In this document: positions 27,725-36,932 of the stretch, piece by piece
Layout of the letters: every line of letters starts with the position of its first letter
Position numbering within the stretch: the stretch's first letter is position 1
Translations under genes and position numbers: made by a program
Notes under the pieces: model-generated
What the model was told of the DNA's origin: nothing
What the model saw: only the letters and a program-made list of their open reading frames with translations
Databases searched by the model: none
NCBI GenBank assembly: GCA_050011975.1
Contig: JBEKIB010000006.1
Location: 26,433-90,432 of the forward strand
Reading direction: 5' to 3'
Length of the DNA stretch: 64,000 nt
From: Terriglobales bacterium
GTDB taxonomy: Bacteria > Acidobacteriota > Terriglobia > Terriglobales > Acidobacteriaceae

Positions 27725-29773
27725 ATGAAAAGGACAATCAGTGTCCTGATGGTCTGGATGCTGGTCGGCTGTGGCGTAGCTTTTGGCGCGGCACCGATCG
27801 TTTGGGTCGTTCCGAGCACATTGTTGCGAGTCGGACCAACTGATACCGCGGGCAGCGGAACGACTGCAACTCTCTACGGCGGACAAGGGGAGTACGTTGC
27901 TTTTCAGGTGGCCGTCCAGGCTCCCTCGGGCGGACTTACTAACGTGACCCTGTCCGCTTCGAGTTTGACCGGCCCGGGTGGTGCGACGATTCCCAGTGCG
28001 AATCTGATTCTTTACAGAGAATCGTATATGACGATAACTGCCGCGCAACATAGTTCTTACCCGGGTTTTGTAACCCCCAATCTCCCGTACACCAGTGACG
28101 ATGGAGTTCAGAATGCGCCTATCACCACCAGCAACGAAACTCTCCCCGACGCGCTGATTCCGGCGATTGATCCCGCCACGGGGCTGCACATTTCCGGCGC
28201 CACTTACGAGTTCGAACTCCCCACACTCGCTGCCAGCAACAACGTTGTCTTCTGGGTGGACGCGTTTGTGGCTAGCGGCACGGCTGTTGGAACCTATACA
28301 GGTACTTACACGGTGTCTAGCACACAGGGATCTTTCGAAGGCGCGATTTCGCTGACGGTATGGAATTTCACGCTGCCGCTGCAACCGTCGCTCAAGTCCC
28401 TTTTCGGTGGAGGCGACAGCAATGTGAGTTCCGGAGGTGCACTGGCAGCCGGCATTGAGGCTGCACTTCTCCAAAACAAGCTCATGCCCGACACCGCGGG
28501 CACCGCGTTGGCCAGCGAAAGCACTGACATCAGTCAATATGGCCTGAATGATTTCGACATGGGCTACTATGAAAACGTCTCTTATGGCGCGTGCAGCGGC
28601 AGCGACCTCAAACCTAAGCCTCCTACGTTGGCAGCCTTGCAGACCGCGGTCAACGCGCAACCGACAGGCCTTTACTTGAACGACTACACCGCCGATCCGG
28701 AGTCCAGTTGCACGAATACTGCGTACTACAACTCCGTGATCGCCTGGGCTAAGGTCTTGCATAAAGCAGTTGTCACAGGTGTCCCAGGCCAAGTCGGTGT
28801 CGACAATCTGGTATCACAACGACCCGACTCCGCAGCAGCCGCAGGCGGACTTTTTAACGACGGCCTAGGTACCGGCCGTTCCGCCGTGGATGATTGGACG
28901 ATGCTCCCGCAGGACTATGATGTCGCCCAGACTGATACATTCGATGGGTTACACAATGTGACGTATGTCCTGCAAAAAGGGGACAAGGTCTGGTCGTATA
29001 ACGACGAGGTGCTTGATTACTACTCCCCCAAGTGGGAACTGGATTTCCTGCCTATCAACTATCGCATTTGGCCAGGTTTCCTCAACCAAAGCCTAGGGAT
29101 AACCGGGATGAATTACTGGGCTGTTTCCAACTGGAACTCGGAATCAGCCGCCTGGACCAGTTCCCTGTCCAAAGGTTATACAAACAGCAACAATGGCTAC
29201 TTCCCCGAGGAAGGCATTCTGGTCTATCCGGGCGGGCCCGCGGGCTTGGAAAGCAACTCCACCTATCAAGGCGTAGCTGCATCCATGCGGCTCAAATATT
29301 TACGGGATGGGATGCAAGACTACGAATACCTGCAGTTGCTCAAGAATTGTGGGCAGACTCCTAACCAGGGAGCCATGTATTCCCTGTCCGCATCCAATAG
29401 CGAGTATCCGAACTGGCATGACTGGACAATGAACGAAGCTAACCTGGAATCAGCTCGTGTGACATTGGGGAACCAGATAAGTAGCAATTGCGGTACCGGC
29501 GGTGTGACACTGACGTCGATTGCAGTGACGCCGACGAGCGCGTCAATTGCGGTAGGCGCGACGGAGCCGTTCACGGCCACCGGAACCTACTCAAACGGGA
29601 GCAAGCAGAACTTGACGGGCACAGTAACATGGACCTCATCCTCGAGCACCTCAGCAGCGACGATCGCGGCGACCGGCGTGGCCACCGGGTGGGCGGCCGG
29701 CACGGCTAACATCACAGCCAAGAGCGGCTCGGTGACCTCGAACACGGCGACCCTGACGGTTAGTGCCGAATAA
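27725..29773 (+). CDS. DUF4091 / GH123-like glycoside-hydrolase-domain protein with C-terminal Big_2 Ig-like domain
   Basis: The track ORF starts at 27704. The ATG at 27725 (MKRTISVLMVW) follows GGAG by 6 nt. Family motifs are PIVWVVPSTLLRV...GEYVAFQVAVQAPSGGLTNVTLS, YSPKWELDFLPINYRIWPGF and MRLKYLRDGMQDYEYLQLL. The C-terminus (LTSIAVTPTSASIAVGATEPFTATGTYSNGSKQNLTGTVTWTSS) is Big_2-like. Confidence 0.6.
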   Translation: MKRTISVLMVWMLVGCGVAFGAAPIVWVVPSTLLRVGPTDTAGSGTTATLYGGQGEYVAFQVAVQAPSGGLTNVTLSASSLTGPGGATIPSANLILYRESYMTITAAQHSSYPGFVTPNLPYTSDDGVQNAPITTSNETLPDALIPAIDPATGLHISGATYEFELPTLAASNNVVFWVDAFVASGTAVGTYTGTYTVSSTQGSFEGAISLTVWNFTLPLQPSLKSLFGGGDSNVSSGGALAAGIEAALLQNKLMPDTAGTALASESTDISQYGLNDFDMGYYENVSYGACSGSDLKPKPPTLAALQTAVNAQPTGLYLNDYTADPESSCTNTAYYNSVIAWAKVLHKAVVTGVPGQVGVDNLVSQRPDSAAAAGGLFNDGLGTGRSAVDDWTMLPQDYDVAQTDTFDGLHNVTYVLQKGDKVWSYNDEVLDYYSPKWELDFLPINYRIWPGFLNQSLGITGMNYWAVSNWNSESAAWTSSLSKGYTNSNNGYFPEEGILVYPGGPAGLESNSTYQGVAASMRLKYLRDGMQDYEYLQLLKNCGQTPNQGAMYSLSASNSEYPNWHDWTMNEANLESARVTLGNQISSNCGTGGVTLTSIAVTPTSASIAVGATEPFTATGTYSNGSKQNLTGTVTWTSSSSTSAATIAATGVATGWAAGTANITAKSGSVTSNTATLTVSAE

Positions 29774-29787
29774 CAAACACTAGTTCT

Positions 29788-29817
29788 TACCCCAGCTTCC
29801 GCTAGGAAGCTGGGGTA
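29788..29817 (+). terminator. Strong hairpin between the two DUF4091 paralogs
   Basis: Perfect 13-bp stem TACCCCAGCTTCC-gcta-GGAAGCTGGGGTA, 15 nt after the stop codon. No U-tract follows. Confidence 0.4.
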
Positions 29818-29870
29818 GATCACCTGCAAGGGTCTGGAGCGAGGGCGACATCCTTCTCAATGAGACACCG

Positions 29871-31565
29871 ATGAAATCGATTCAACGTGCTTGCTGCCCA
29901 AGAACTCGAGGTTGGTTTGTAGTTGCAAATTGTTTTGCGATGATTTTTTTTTCGGAGCTTGGCTTGGCCCAGCGGAACGCGATCTCGCCCTCCGGTTTCG
30001 CGGCTGAACCCATTGCCCTCAACAGCAGAGCCTCAGGTGCGACACCCATCGTGTGGGTCGTTCCAAGCTCTCTGCACCGGGTAGGCCCGACCGATGCGCC
30101 GGGTGTCGGAACCGTCGCGGTGATCCGTGCGGCCCGCGGTGAATACCAATCGTTCCAGGTCGCGGTTCAGGCGCCTGGCGGCGGGCTCACTAACGTCAGC
30201 TTTTCGGTTTCCCAGTTGGTGAGCTCCCGAGGCGTGGCGCTTCCTCGGACAAACGTGGTCCTTTATCGGGAATGGTACGTACCGGTGAAGCATCATAGCC
30301 CTACATGGAATGGACCTCCCAACCTCCCGATTACGAGCGTCAACACCTTTCCCGATGCGCTCATTCCGTTTCTTGATCCCGCCACCGGCAAGCCGCCTGT
30401 AGAAGCCCAATTCAGAGCTGTGCATTTCGACCTCGTAGCCGGGCGCAACGCAGTCTTCTGGATCGACCTCTTTGTGCCCCCGGGCACGGCGGCGGGCGAG
30501 TACTGGGGTACATATGCCGTAACCAGTGATCAGGGGGCGTTCGAGGGCCAGATTTGTCTGAAGGTGTGGGGATTTACTTTGCCGCTCGAGCCATCCCTCA
30601 AGTCCAGTTTCAACGGCGCCGGCACAGCGGCACCTGGCGTAAACGGAGAGCTTCTGAGAAACAGGATAATGCCGGACACGGTGAGTCTGGTGAATCAGGC
30701 CAAGTTCATCGATAAGTACGGACTTGTTGCAACGGATCTCGGATTTTGGAGCAGCGTATCCTACGGTCAATGCGATGCGTCGGCTCCGCCCTCCTTGGCA
30801 AGCGTGGAGGCCGCCAAGGCGATGCAGCAGCCAAGTCTCTACTTGTACGACGACAGTGCTGATCCAGAGAGCAGCTGCACGAGTGAGGATTTCTACAATT
30901 CGATGATCAGCTGGGCTCAGGTTTTGCACGAAGCCGGCATAGACAATTTGGTGACGCAGGAACCTGTATCTCAACTCTACAACGATGGGTTGGGAACCGG
31001 GCGCTCGGCGGTTGATATTTGGACCATGCTTCCACTGGCCTATGTCGACGCACAATCCCATACCCCGCCAGGAGTAACCTTTGTTCTGGAAAAGGGGGAC
31101 GCGGCTTGGTCTTACAACGACCAGGTCCAGGATTCCTACTCGCCGAAATGGGAACTGGACTTCCTCCCGATCAACTATCGGATCCAGCCGGGATTCATCA
31201 GCCAGAGTCTGGGGCTCACGGGACTTTTGTATTGGAGCGTCGACGACTGGACCGACCACCCGTGGGAAAACCCCCAAGGCAGGCACAACCTTGGTTATCC
31301 CGGCGAAGGGGTGCTGGTCTACCCGGGTGCGCCCGCAGGCCTCAAAGGTGTGGCTCCGTCCATGCGGCTCAAATACTTGCGCGACGGGGTCGAGGACTAC
31401 GAGTATGTGCAGCTGCTCAAGAACTGTGGCCAGGCTGCATTTGCATTGGCCGAGGCCCAAAAAGTTGGCCCTGACTGGATCCACTGGACGAGAGACGAAG
31501 GCTTGTTGGAATCGGTTCGCGAGCAATTGGGAAGTCAGATCGCCGCCAGCAATTGCGCTCCCTGA
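29871..31565 (+). CDS. DUF4091 / GH123-like glycoside-hydrolase-domain protein (paralog of 27725..29773, no Big_2 domain)
   Basis: 564 aa, collinear with the upstream paralog. Shared motifs are PIVWVVPSSLHRV...GEYQSFQVAVQAPGGGLTNVSFS, YSPKWELDFLPINYRIQPGF and MRLKYLRDGVEDYEYVQLL. Confidence 0.6.
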   Translation: MKSIQRACCPRTRGWFVVANCFAMIFFSELGLAQRNAISPSGFAAEPIALNSRASGATPIVWVVPSSLHRVGPTDAPGVGTVAVIRAARGEYQSFQVAVQAPGGGLTNVSFSVSQLVSSRGVALPRTNVVLYREWYVPVKHHSPTWNGPPNLPITSVNTFPDALIPFLDPATGKPPVEAQFRAVHFDLVAGRNAVFWIDLFVPPGTAAGEYWGTYAVTSDQGAFEGQICLKVWGFTLPLEPSLKSSFNGAGTAAPGVNGELLRNRIMPDTVSLVNQAKFIDKYGLVATDLGFWSSVSYGQCDASAPPSLASVEAAKAMQQPSLYLYDDSADPESSCTSEDFYNSMISWAQVLHEAGIDNLVTQEPVSQLYNDGLGTGRSAVDIWTMLPLAYVDAQSHTPPGVTFVLEKGDAAWSYNDQVQDSYSPKWELDFLPINYRIQPGFISQSLGLTGLLYWSVDDWTDHPWENPQGRHNLGYPGEGVLVYPGAPAGLKGVAPSMRLKYLRDGVEDYEYVQLLKNCGQAAFALAEAQKVGPDWIHWTRDEGLLESVREQLGSQIAASNCAP

Positions 31566-31577
31566 AAGAAGATTGAA

Positions 31578-32756
31578 ATGGCAAGTCTGGTTTCGCTTCC
31601 CGTTGCAGATGCCAGGAGCTCTCCAGCCACCGGGCCGGAGACTGAGCGAATACCTGTCTCGGCAGCCGGCCAGCGTCTAGATTCGCTCGACGCCTTCCGC
31701 GGTTTCGCGATGCTTTGGATTATCGGCGGCGAGGGGTTGATGCTAGGCTTAGCGGCCCTGGGACACAATCGAGTCATCGACACTGTCGTTTACCAGTTGA
31801 GCCACAGTCCTTGGCAGGGGCTCCGCTTTTACGACTGTATCTGGCCATCCTTCATGCTGATCGTCGGAGTCTCGGTGCCCCTCTCGTTTGCCAAGCGCTC
31901 CCTTACTCAGACCTATCATCAACAGTTGGCTCACGCAGCAAAGCGAGCTCTCGTCCTTTTCTTGCTGGGCTCGCTGCGCGAATCGGTTTTGCTTGGTTCG
32001 CCATATCTGATCGAATTGAGCAGCGCCTTGCAACCCATCGCTATTGCCTATTTCGTGGCTGTTCTGGTAGTCCGCAAGTCCTGGCGTTTCCAGGCGTGGC
32101 TTGGCGCCGGGATCGTCGCTGCCTATGGGCTGGTATTAGCCTTCATCCGGGCTCCAGGCATATCGGCGGGGAGCTATGAGTTCAATCACAACCTGGTTCA
32201 CTGGGTCGATATTGCATTGCTCGGCCAAGCTCACTGGGACCGATGGCCTTTTGCAGACGAAGGCTGGGGGACCGTCCTCAGCATGATTCCAACCATCTCA
32301 ACTACGCTTCTCGGCTTGCTCATTGGCGAATTGCTCATGAGCGCGCGCACGAAGCAAAATAAGGCCAGGTGGATCGGCGGTATAGGACTTGGGTGCTTGG
32401 CGATTGGCTTTCTAACAAGCCTGGTTGTGCCGGTCGTCATGAAGATGTGGACTGCTTCGTACGCTCTCCTATCCGCTGGGTGGGCGTGCCTAATGCTCCT
32501 GGTTTTCTATTGGCTTATTGACATCCGCGGCTATCGAAAATGGGCGTTTCCTTTGACCGTCATCGGGATGAACGCCATTTTCATATACATGTTTACGAGC
32601 ATTATTCACCTTGATCCAATCGTCGACGTCTTCACTCGCGGGATCGTGCGGGTTTGGCCCAATTCCGGACTACTCTTCCAACAGGTCACCATTCTTGCGG
32701 TCGAATGGGTCATCCTGTTCTGGATGTACAAACGAAAGGTTTTCGTTAAGGCCTGA
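31578..32756 (+). CDS. HGSNAT-like (DUF5009/DUF1624) polytopic membrane acyltransferase
   Basis: 392 aa, about 10-11 TM helices. The N-terminal QRLDSLDAFRGFAMLWIIG motif matches the RLxSLDxxRG signature of the heparan-alpha-glucosaminide N-acetyltransferase-like family. Confidence 0.65.
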   Translation: MASLVSLPVADARSSPATGPETERIPVSAAGQRLDSLDAFRGFAMLWIIGGEGLMLGLAALGHNRVIDTVVYQLSHSPWQGLRFYDCIWPSFMLIVGVSVPLSFAKRSLTQTYHQQLAHAAKRALVLFLLGSLRESVLLGSPYLIELSSALQPIAIAYFVAVLVVRKSWRFQAWLGAGIVAAYGLVLAFIRAPGISAGSYEFNHNLVHWVDIALLGQAHWDRWPFADEGWGTVLSMIPTISTTLLGLLIGELLMSARTKQNKARWIGGIGLGCLAIGFLTSLVVPVVMKMWTASYALLSAGWACLMLLVFYWLIDIRGYRKWAFPLTVIGMNAIFIYMFTSIIHLDPIVDVFTRGIVRVWPNSGLLFQQVTILAVEWVILFWMYKRKVFVKA

Positions 32757-32828
32757 AAAGGCCCATAACCTCATGATCGCGCCAGGAACACGTACAGTGT
32801 CAAGCGAAGCTTCGGAAGGGGAATCAGC

Positions 32829-33989
32829 ATGAAATTTACCTATTACTGTTTTTGCATCCTCCTGAGCGTTCTCATCTTGTCGTCGTGGAGCGGGATTGCC
32901 TGGGCACAAGATTCTATGCTGGCCCGCACGCCGCCTATGGGATGGAACAGTTGGAATCATTTTGCATGCCAGGCGAGCGACGCCGTGGTGCGGGCCCAGG
33001 CGGATGCGCTCGTTACAAGCGGAATGAAGTCGGTTGGATATACCTACATCCTGATCGACGACTGCTGGCAAGCGACCCGTGACGCCGCAGGATACATTCG
33101 TCCCAATGCAAAATTCCCTGACATGAAAGCGCTGGCCGATTATGTTCATAGCAAAGGCTTAAAGATTGGAATCTATTCTTCGCCTGGCCCGAAGACCTGC
33201 GAGGGTTATACGGGAAGTTATGGTCATGAAGAACAGGATGCTCAAACTTATGCTAACTGGGGAATGGATTATTTGAAGTACGACTTGTGCAGCTATGACG
33301 GAATGGGCGATCAAGTTGCCGCGTACAAAAAAATGGGTGATGCGCTCAAAAAGACCGGTCGACCTATTGTCTACGCTCTTTGCCAATACGGAATGCAAAA
33401 AGGCTGGCAGTGGGCTGCCTCGGTTGGTGGCAACCTGTGGCGTACGGACGACGATATTCGCGACGACTACTACGTGATGGCGGAACTTGGATTCGGACAG
33501 AACGGCCTCGAGCAGTTCGCCGGCCCCGGGCACTGGAATGACCCCGACATGCTCGAAATTGGCAACGGGGGGATGACCACTGACGAGTATCGGACACACA
33601 TGAGTTTGTGGTGCATCCTGGCTGCTCCGCTTATTACGGGCAACAATCTTGCAGCCATGAGTGCTGAGACGCGGGATATTCTCACCAACCCGGAGGTCAT
33701 TGCGATTGACCAGGACCCGCTCGGCATTCAGGGTCACCGGATCAAGCAAGAAGGGCCCTTGGAAGTGTGGGTGAAGCCCCTGAAGGATGGAAGCGCTGCT
33801 GTGGGCCTGTTTAATCGCGGATGGGGAGCAATGCCGGTGACCGTTGACCTTCGAGATGTTGGCCTTGGCAATTCGGTGGTTGTGCGGGATCTCTGGGCAA
33901 AAAAAGATCTCGGGTCATTGCAGGAGAAGTACACCGCGATTGTTCCCCAGCATGGAGTCGTCATGCTCCAGATAAAGCGAGGCAATTAA
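32829..33989 (+). CDS. Glycoside hydrolase family 27 (alpha-galactosidase / alpha-N-acetylgalactosaminidase)
   Basis: 386 aa with a signal peptide. Motifs are PPMGWNSWNHF, ILIDDCW, MDYLKYDLC (nucleophile region) and WRTDDDI (acid/base region). Confidence 0.85.
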   Translation: MKFTYYCFCILLSVLILSSWSGIAWAQDSMLARTPPMGWNSWNHFACQASDAVVRAQADALVTSGMKSVGYTYILIDDCWQATRDAAGYIRPNAKFPDMKALADYVHSKGLKIGIYSSPGPKTCEGYTGSYGHEEQDAQTYANWGMDYLKYDLCSYDGMGDQVAAYKKMGDALKKTGRPIVYALCQYGMQKGWQWAASVGGNLWRTDDDIRDDYYVMAELGFGQNGLEQFAGPGHWNDPDMLEIGNGGMTTDEYRTHMSLWCILAAPLITGNNLAAMSAETRDILTNPEVIAIDQDPLGIQGHRIKQEGPLEVWVKPLKDGSAAVGLFNRGWGAMPVTVDLRDVGLGNSVVVRDLWAKKDLGSLQEKYTAIVPQHGVVMLQIKRGN

Positions 33990-33993
33990 TTTT

Positions 33994-36117
33994 ATGGCTG
34001 CCGTGGTTCAGACAAAACGGGTTGAGGCTGGATTGAAAAAACGAAGGTTTGTGCGCTGGTCGCTTTGTACTCTTGTTTTGATTCGGGCTTTCCTGGTCGC
34101 CGCATTTGCCATCGCGGGACATAACGTGCTCCTGCCGCAACCGCAGCAGATACATTATGGGCCGCGCCAACTTCGAATACGAGGCCTGAGTATCCGGTTG
34201 ACGGCGGATCCCGGCGATGAGGATCGCTTTGCCGCGGGGCAGTTGTCGAGTTGCCTCTCTGATGTGGCCAAGGAACCCGTTCGCGTCTCCCAGGGCGAGG
34301 CTTCGGGCACGGTGATTGTGCTTAAACGCACAGGAGAGGTTGGCGCGTTGCCGCTTCCTGGCGAACACCCAGGGCCGGCATCCCGTGAGGCTTACACTTT
34401 GAAGGTCACGCCCGAAGGAGGTGAAGTCCAAGCGACATCATCAGCCGGCTTGTTCTACGGAGCGCAAACTCTCTGCCAGTTAATCGAAGGCAGCGCGGCC
34501 GAGGCGCTGCTTCCGGAGGTGGAAATTCATGACTGGCCATCGCTGGCGTACCGCGGAACCATGGTGGACATGAGCCACGGGCCCTTACCCACGGAAGCTG
34601 AGATCGAGCGGCAACTTGACTTCCTTGCCCGTTGGAAGGCTAACCAGTATTACCTTTATAGTGAAGCCAGTATTGAGCTCGAGGGATATCCGTTGCTTAA
34701 TCCCGAAGGCCGCCTCTCCAAGGATGAAGTGCGGCGGATCATAGCTTACGGCCGTGAACGGCACATTGACGTCATCCCCAATCTGGAGCTTTATGCTCAT
34801 CTGCATGACCTCTTTCGCGTGGAAGAATACTCCCAACTCTCCGATCTCCCGCATGGAGTCGAGTTCAATCCGAGCGACCCCGCCGTTATGGCTCTATTGA
34901 GTAACTGGATTACCCAGTTAGCCGATCTGTTTCCGAGTCCTTTCGTCAGTATCGGATTCGATGAGACTTTCCAAATCGAGATGGCCGTCAAGCAACAGGG
35001 TGCGTCCGCCACCGCAACCCGATTGTTTGTTAAGCAGCTTACTGATGTTACTCGCCTTTTTCAGCAACGTGGTAAGCAAGTTATGGCTTGGGCGGACATC
35101 ATGGTCAGATATCCCGAGATCGTTGGCGAACTGCCGCATGGCCTCATCGCGGTCGCTTGGTATTACACTGCTGATCCTGGCGACAAAGAGTACAAACACT
35201 GGCTGGGACCTCTGGTGGCCAAGGCAGTGCCACACTTTGTTCAGCCGGGTGTGACTAGTTGGGCTCAGATTGCTCCCGACTTCGACACGAGCTTTGAAAA
35301 TATCGACACTTTTATCGCGGCTGGGCGACAGTCGAAAGCACTGGGCGTCATCAACTCCATCTGGACGGACGATGGTCAGGTCCTGCTACGCATGTCCCTG
35401 CCGGGGATGGCTTATGGCGCCGCTGCGGCGTGGCAATCCACGCCTATAGACAGGCCGCATTTCTTTTCGGATTATGCGCGGATCGTGTATCCGGCCCATA
35501 TTTCCGCGGATGTTGCCACGGCACTTGAAAAGCTCTCTCAGTCTGAAACCGAATTGCAAAAGGTCCTGGGCGAGCAAACGCAATTTGCCTTGTGGGAGGA
35601 TCCTTTTTTCCCTACCTACCTCAAGGGCTTGGCGCAAAATCAAGAACATTTGCGCCAGACCCGTCTGCTGGCCGAAGAAGCCGAGAGTCACCTCTATCAT
35701 GCTTTAGCTCTCGGGGCCGATCCCACGACAATAAATAGCCTCTTGGTTGGAGCTCGGCTGCTCGACTATGCTGGGCAGAAGTTCCAGACCCCCTCCGAAC
35801 TTATCGAGCTGTGGGGACGAATTGGTACGACGCGTCCTGATACAGACAAGTGGTGGAACGAGTGGGAATCCCAGGTCGTTTACCAGGATCATTCACACAT
35901 CGTCGACCTGATGGACGCTATTACAGAACTGCGCCCATATTACCGTGCGGAGTGGCTGGATGAATATTCTCCCTATCGGCTCGCTTCCGCACTGGGGAGA
36001 TGGGATGCTGAATACGAATATTGGCGAAGATTCCAGCAGCGATTGCAGCAGTTCTCGGACAGCTCCCACGAAGGAGACGTCCTGCCTCCGTTGGAGAAGC
36101 TCGCTCAGGAGCACTAA
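33994..36117 (+). CDS. GH20-like glycoside hydrolase (divergent beta-N-acetylhexosaminidase fold)
   Basis: 707 aa. IHDWPSLAYRGTMVDMSHGPL resembles the GH20 I.D.P.f.yRG.mlD motif. IDVIPNLELYAHL and SIGFDETF occupy the places of PEID.PGH and HiGGDE. The D-E pair is retained but other motifs are divergent. Confidence 0.55.
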   Translation: MAAVVQTKRVEAGLKKRRFVRWSLCTLVLIRAFLVAAFAIAGHNVLLPQPQQIHYGPRQLRIRGLSIRLTADPGDEDRFAAGQLSSCLSDVAKEPVRVSQGEASGTVIVLKRTGEVGALPLPGEHPGPASREAYTLKVTPEGGEVQATSSAGLFYGAQTLCQLIEGSAAEALLPEVEIHDWPSLAYRGTMVDMSHGPLPTEAEIERQLDFLARWKANQYYLYSEASIELEGYPLLNPEGRLSKDEVRRIIAYGRERHIDVIPNLELYAHLHDLFRVEEYSQLSDLPHGVEFNPSDPAVMALLSNWITQLADLFPSPFVSIGFDETFQIEMAVKQQGASATATRLFVKQLTDVTRLFQQRGKQVMAWADIMVRYPEIVGELPHGLIAVAWYYTADPGDKEYKHWLGPLVAKAVPHFVQPGVTSWAQIAPDFDTSFENIDTFIAAGRQSKALGVINSIWTDDGQVLLRMSLPGMAYGAAAAWQSTPIDRPHFFSDYARIVYPAHISADVATALEKLSQSETELQKVLGEQTQFALWEDPFFPTYLKGLAQNQEHLRQTRLLAEEAESHLYHALALGADPTTINSLLVGARLLDYAGQKFQTPSELIELWGRIGTTRPDTDKWWNEWESQVVYQDHSHIVDLMDAITELRPYYRAEWLDEYSPYRLASALGRWDAEYEYWRRFQQRLQQFSDSSHEGDVLPPLEKLAQEH

Positions 36118-36167
36118 ATTTGTGAATACCAGCTTCTGCAACGGCGCAGTACCTTAAGGATAGAAGA

Positions 36168-36896
36168 ATGCCTCAGATAACCTGGCACAAGTCCCTTTCT
36201 CTTCTTACTTCATTGCTCGCGGTTGGTATTTGTGTCGCCGCGGTAGCAGAACCGCCGGACCTCCAGCACACGCTCCGCGCATTCAAGACCGACGTGCCTA
36301 TCCCGCTTGATGGCGATCTCGCGAAATGGAGTGGGGCGGATACAGTGACGTTTGAAGGCAAGCCTCTCGCCGGCCATCCTCGGCATGCGACCGTCTACGC
36401 TCTGTGGGACACGCAAAATCTTTACCTGGCATTCGATGTCCATTCCTCGAAACTTCAGGCCACCGTTCGTGAACGCGATGGCGACAAACTCTGGGAAGAC
36501 GATGGTGTGGAGTTCCTGATTGATGCATTGTCTGATCACACGAAAGAATTCCTGCCCGACGATTTCTCCTACCACATTAACATTCTCAATGCGGTATATG
36601 ATGACCGCGGCACGCCTTCGGGGCAGCCCGACCCTCGGTGGAATGGTAATGCGCAACACATAGTGCGAATACTGGATGATTATCACTATGTTGTACAGGT
36701 ATCGATCCCTTGGGTGGAGATCGGCGTTGAGCCGGTGGAAAGGCATACCGTTCTGGGCATCGATTTCGGCGTAAATGGCAAGGACCCTGAGACGGGAGCG
36801 TACGACTATTTTGACTGGTGCGGTCTCAAGGCATTCCATAACCCATCCGGCTTCGGCCAATTACTCCTTGCAGGTCGGCGCAATTCGTCCAAATGA
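36168..36896 (+). CDS. CBM9-like carbohydrate-binding (sugar-binding) secreted protein
   Basis: 242 aa with a signal peptide. The pattern PIPLDGDLAKWSGADTVTFEG...LYLAFDVHS...WEDDGVEFLID is typical of the family 9 CBM-like fold. Confidence 0.5.
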   Translation: MPQITWHKSLSLLTSLLAVGICVAAVAEPPDLQHTLRAFKTDVPIPLDGDLAKWSGADTVTFEGKPLAGHPRHATVYALWDTQNLYLAFDVHSSKLQATVRERDGDKLWEDDGVEFLIDALSDHTKEFLPDDFSYHINILNAVYDDRGTPSGQPDPRWNGNAQHIVRILDDYHYVVQVSIPWVEIGVEPVERHTVLGIDFGVNGKDPETGAYDYFDWCGLKAFHNPSGFGQLLLAGRRNSSK

Positions 36897-36932
36897 CCTG
36901 CCGGGATGGGCATGATCATCGTGCCGCAGAGT

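Noticed and set aside
26188-31526. Long minus-strand ORFs (26188..27198, 27677..28792, 30033..31526) antisense to the NHL and DUF4091 genes
   Set aside because: They are typical high-GC shadow ORFs rich in Arg, Gly and His. The plus-strand genes have strong family motifs.
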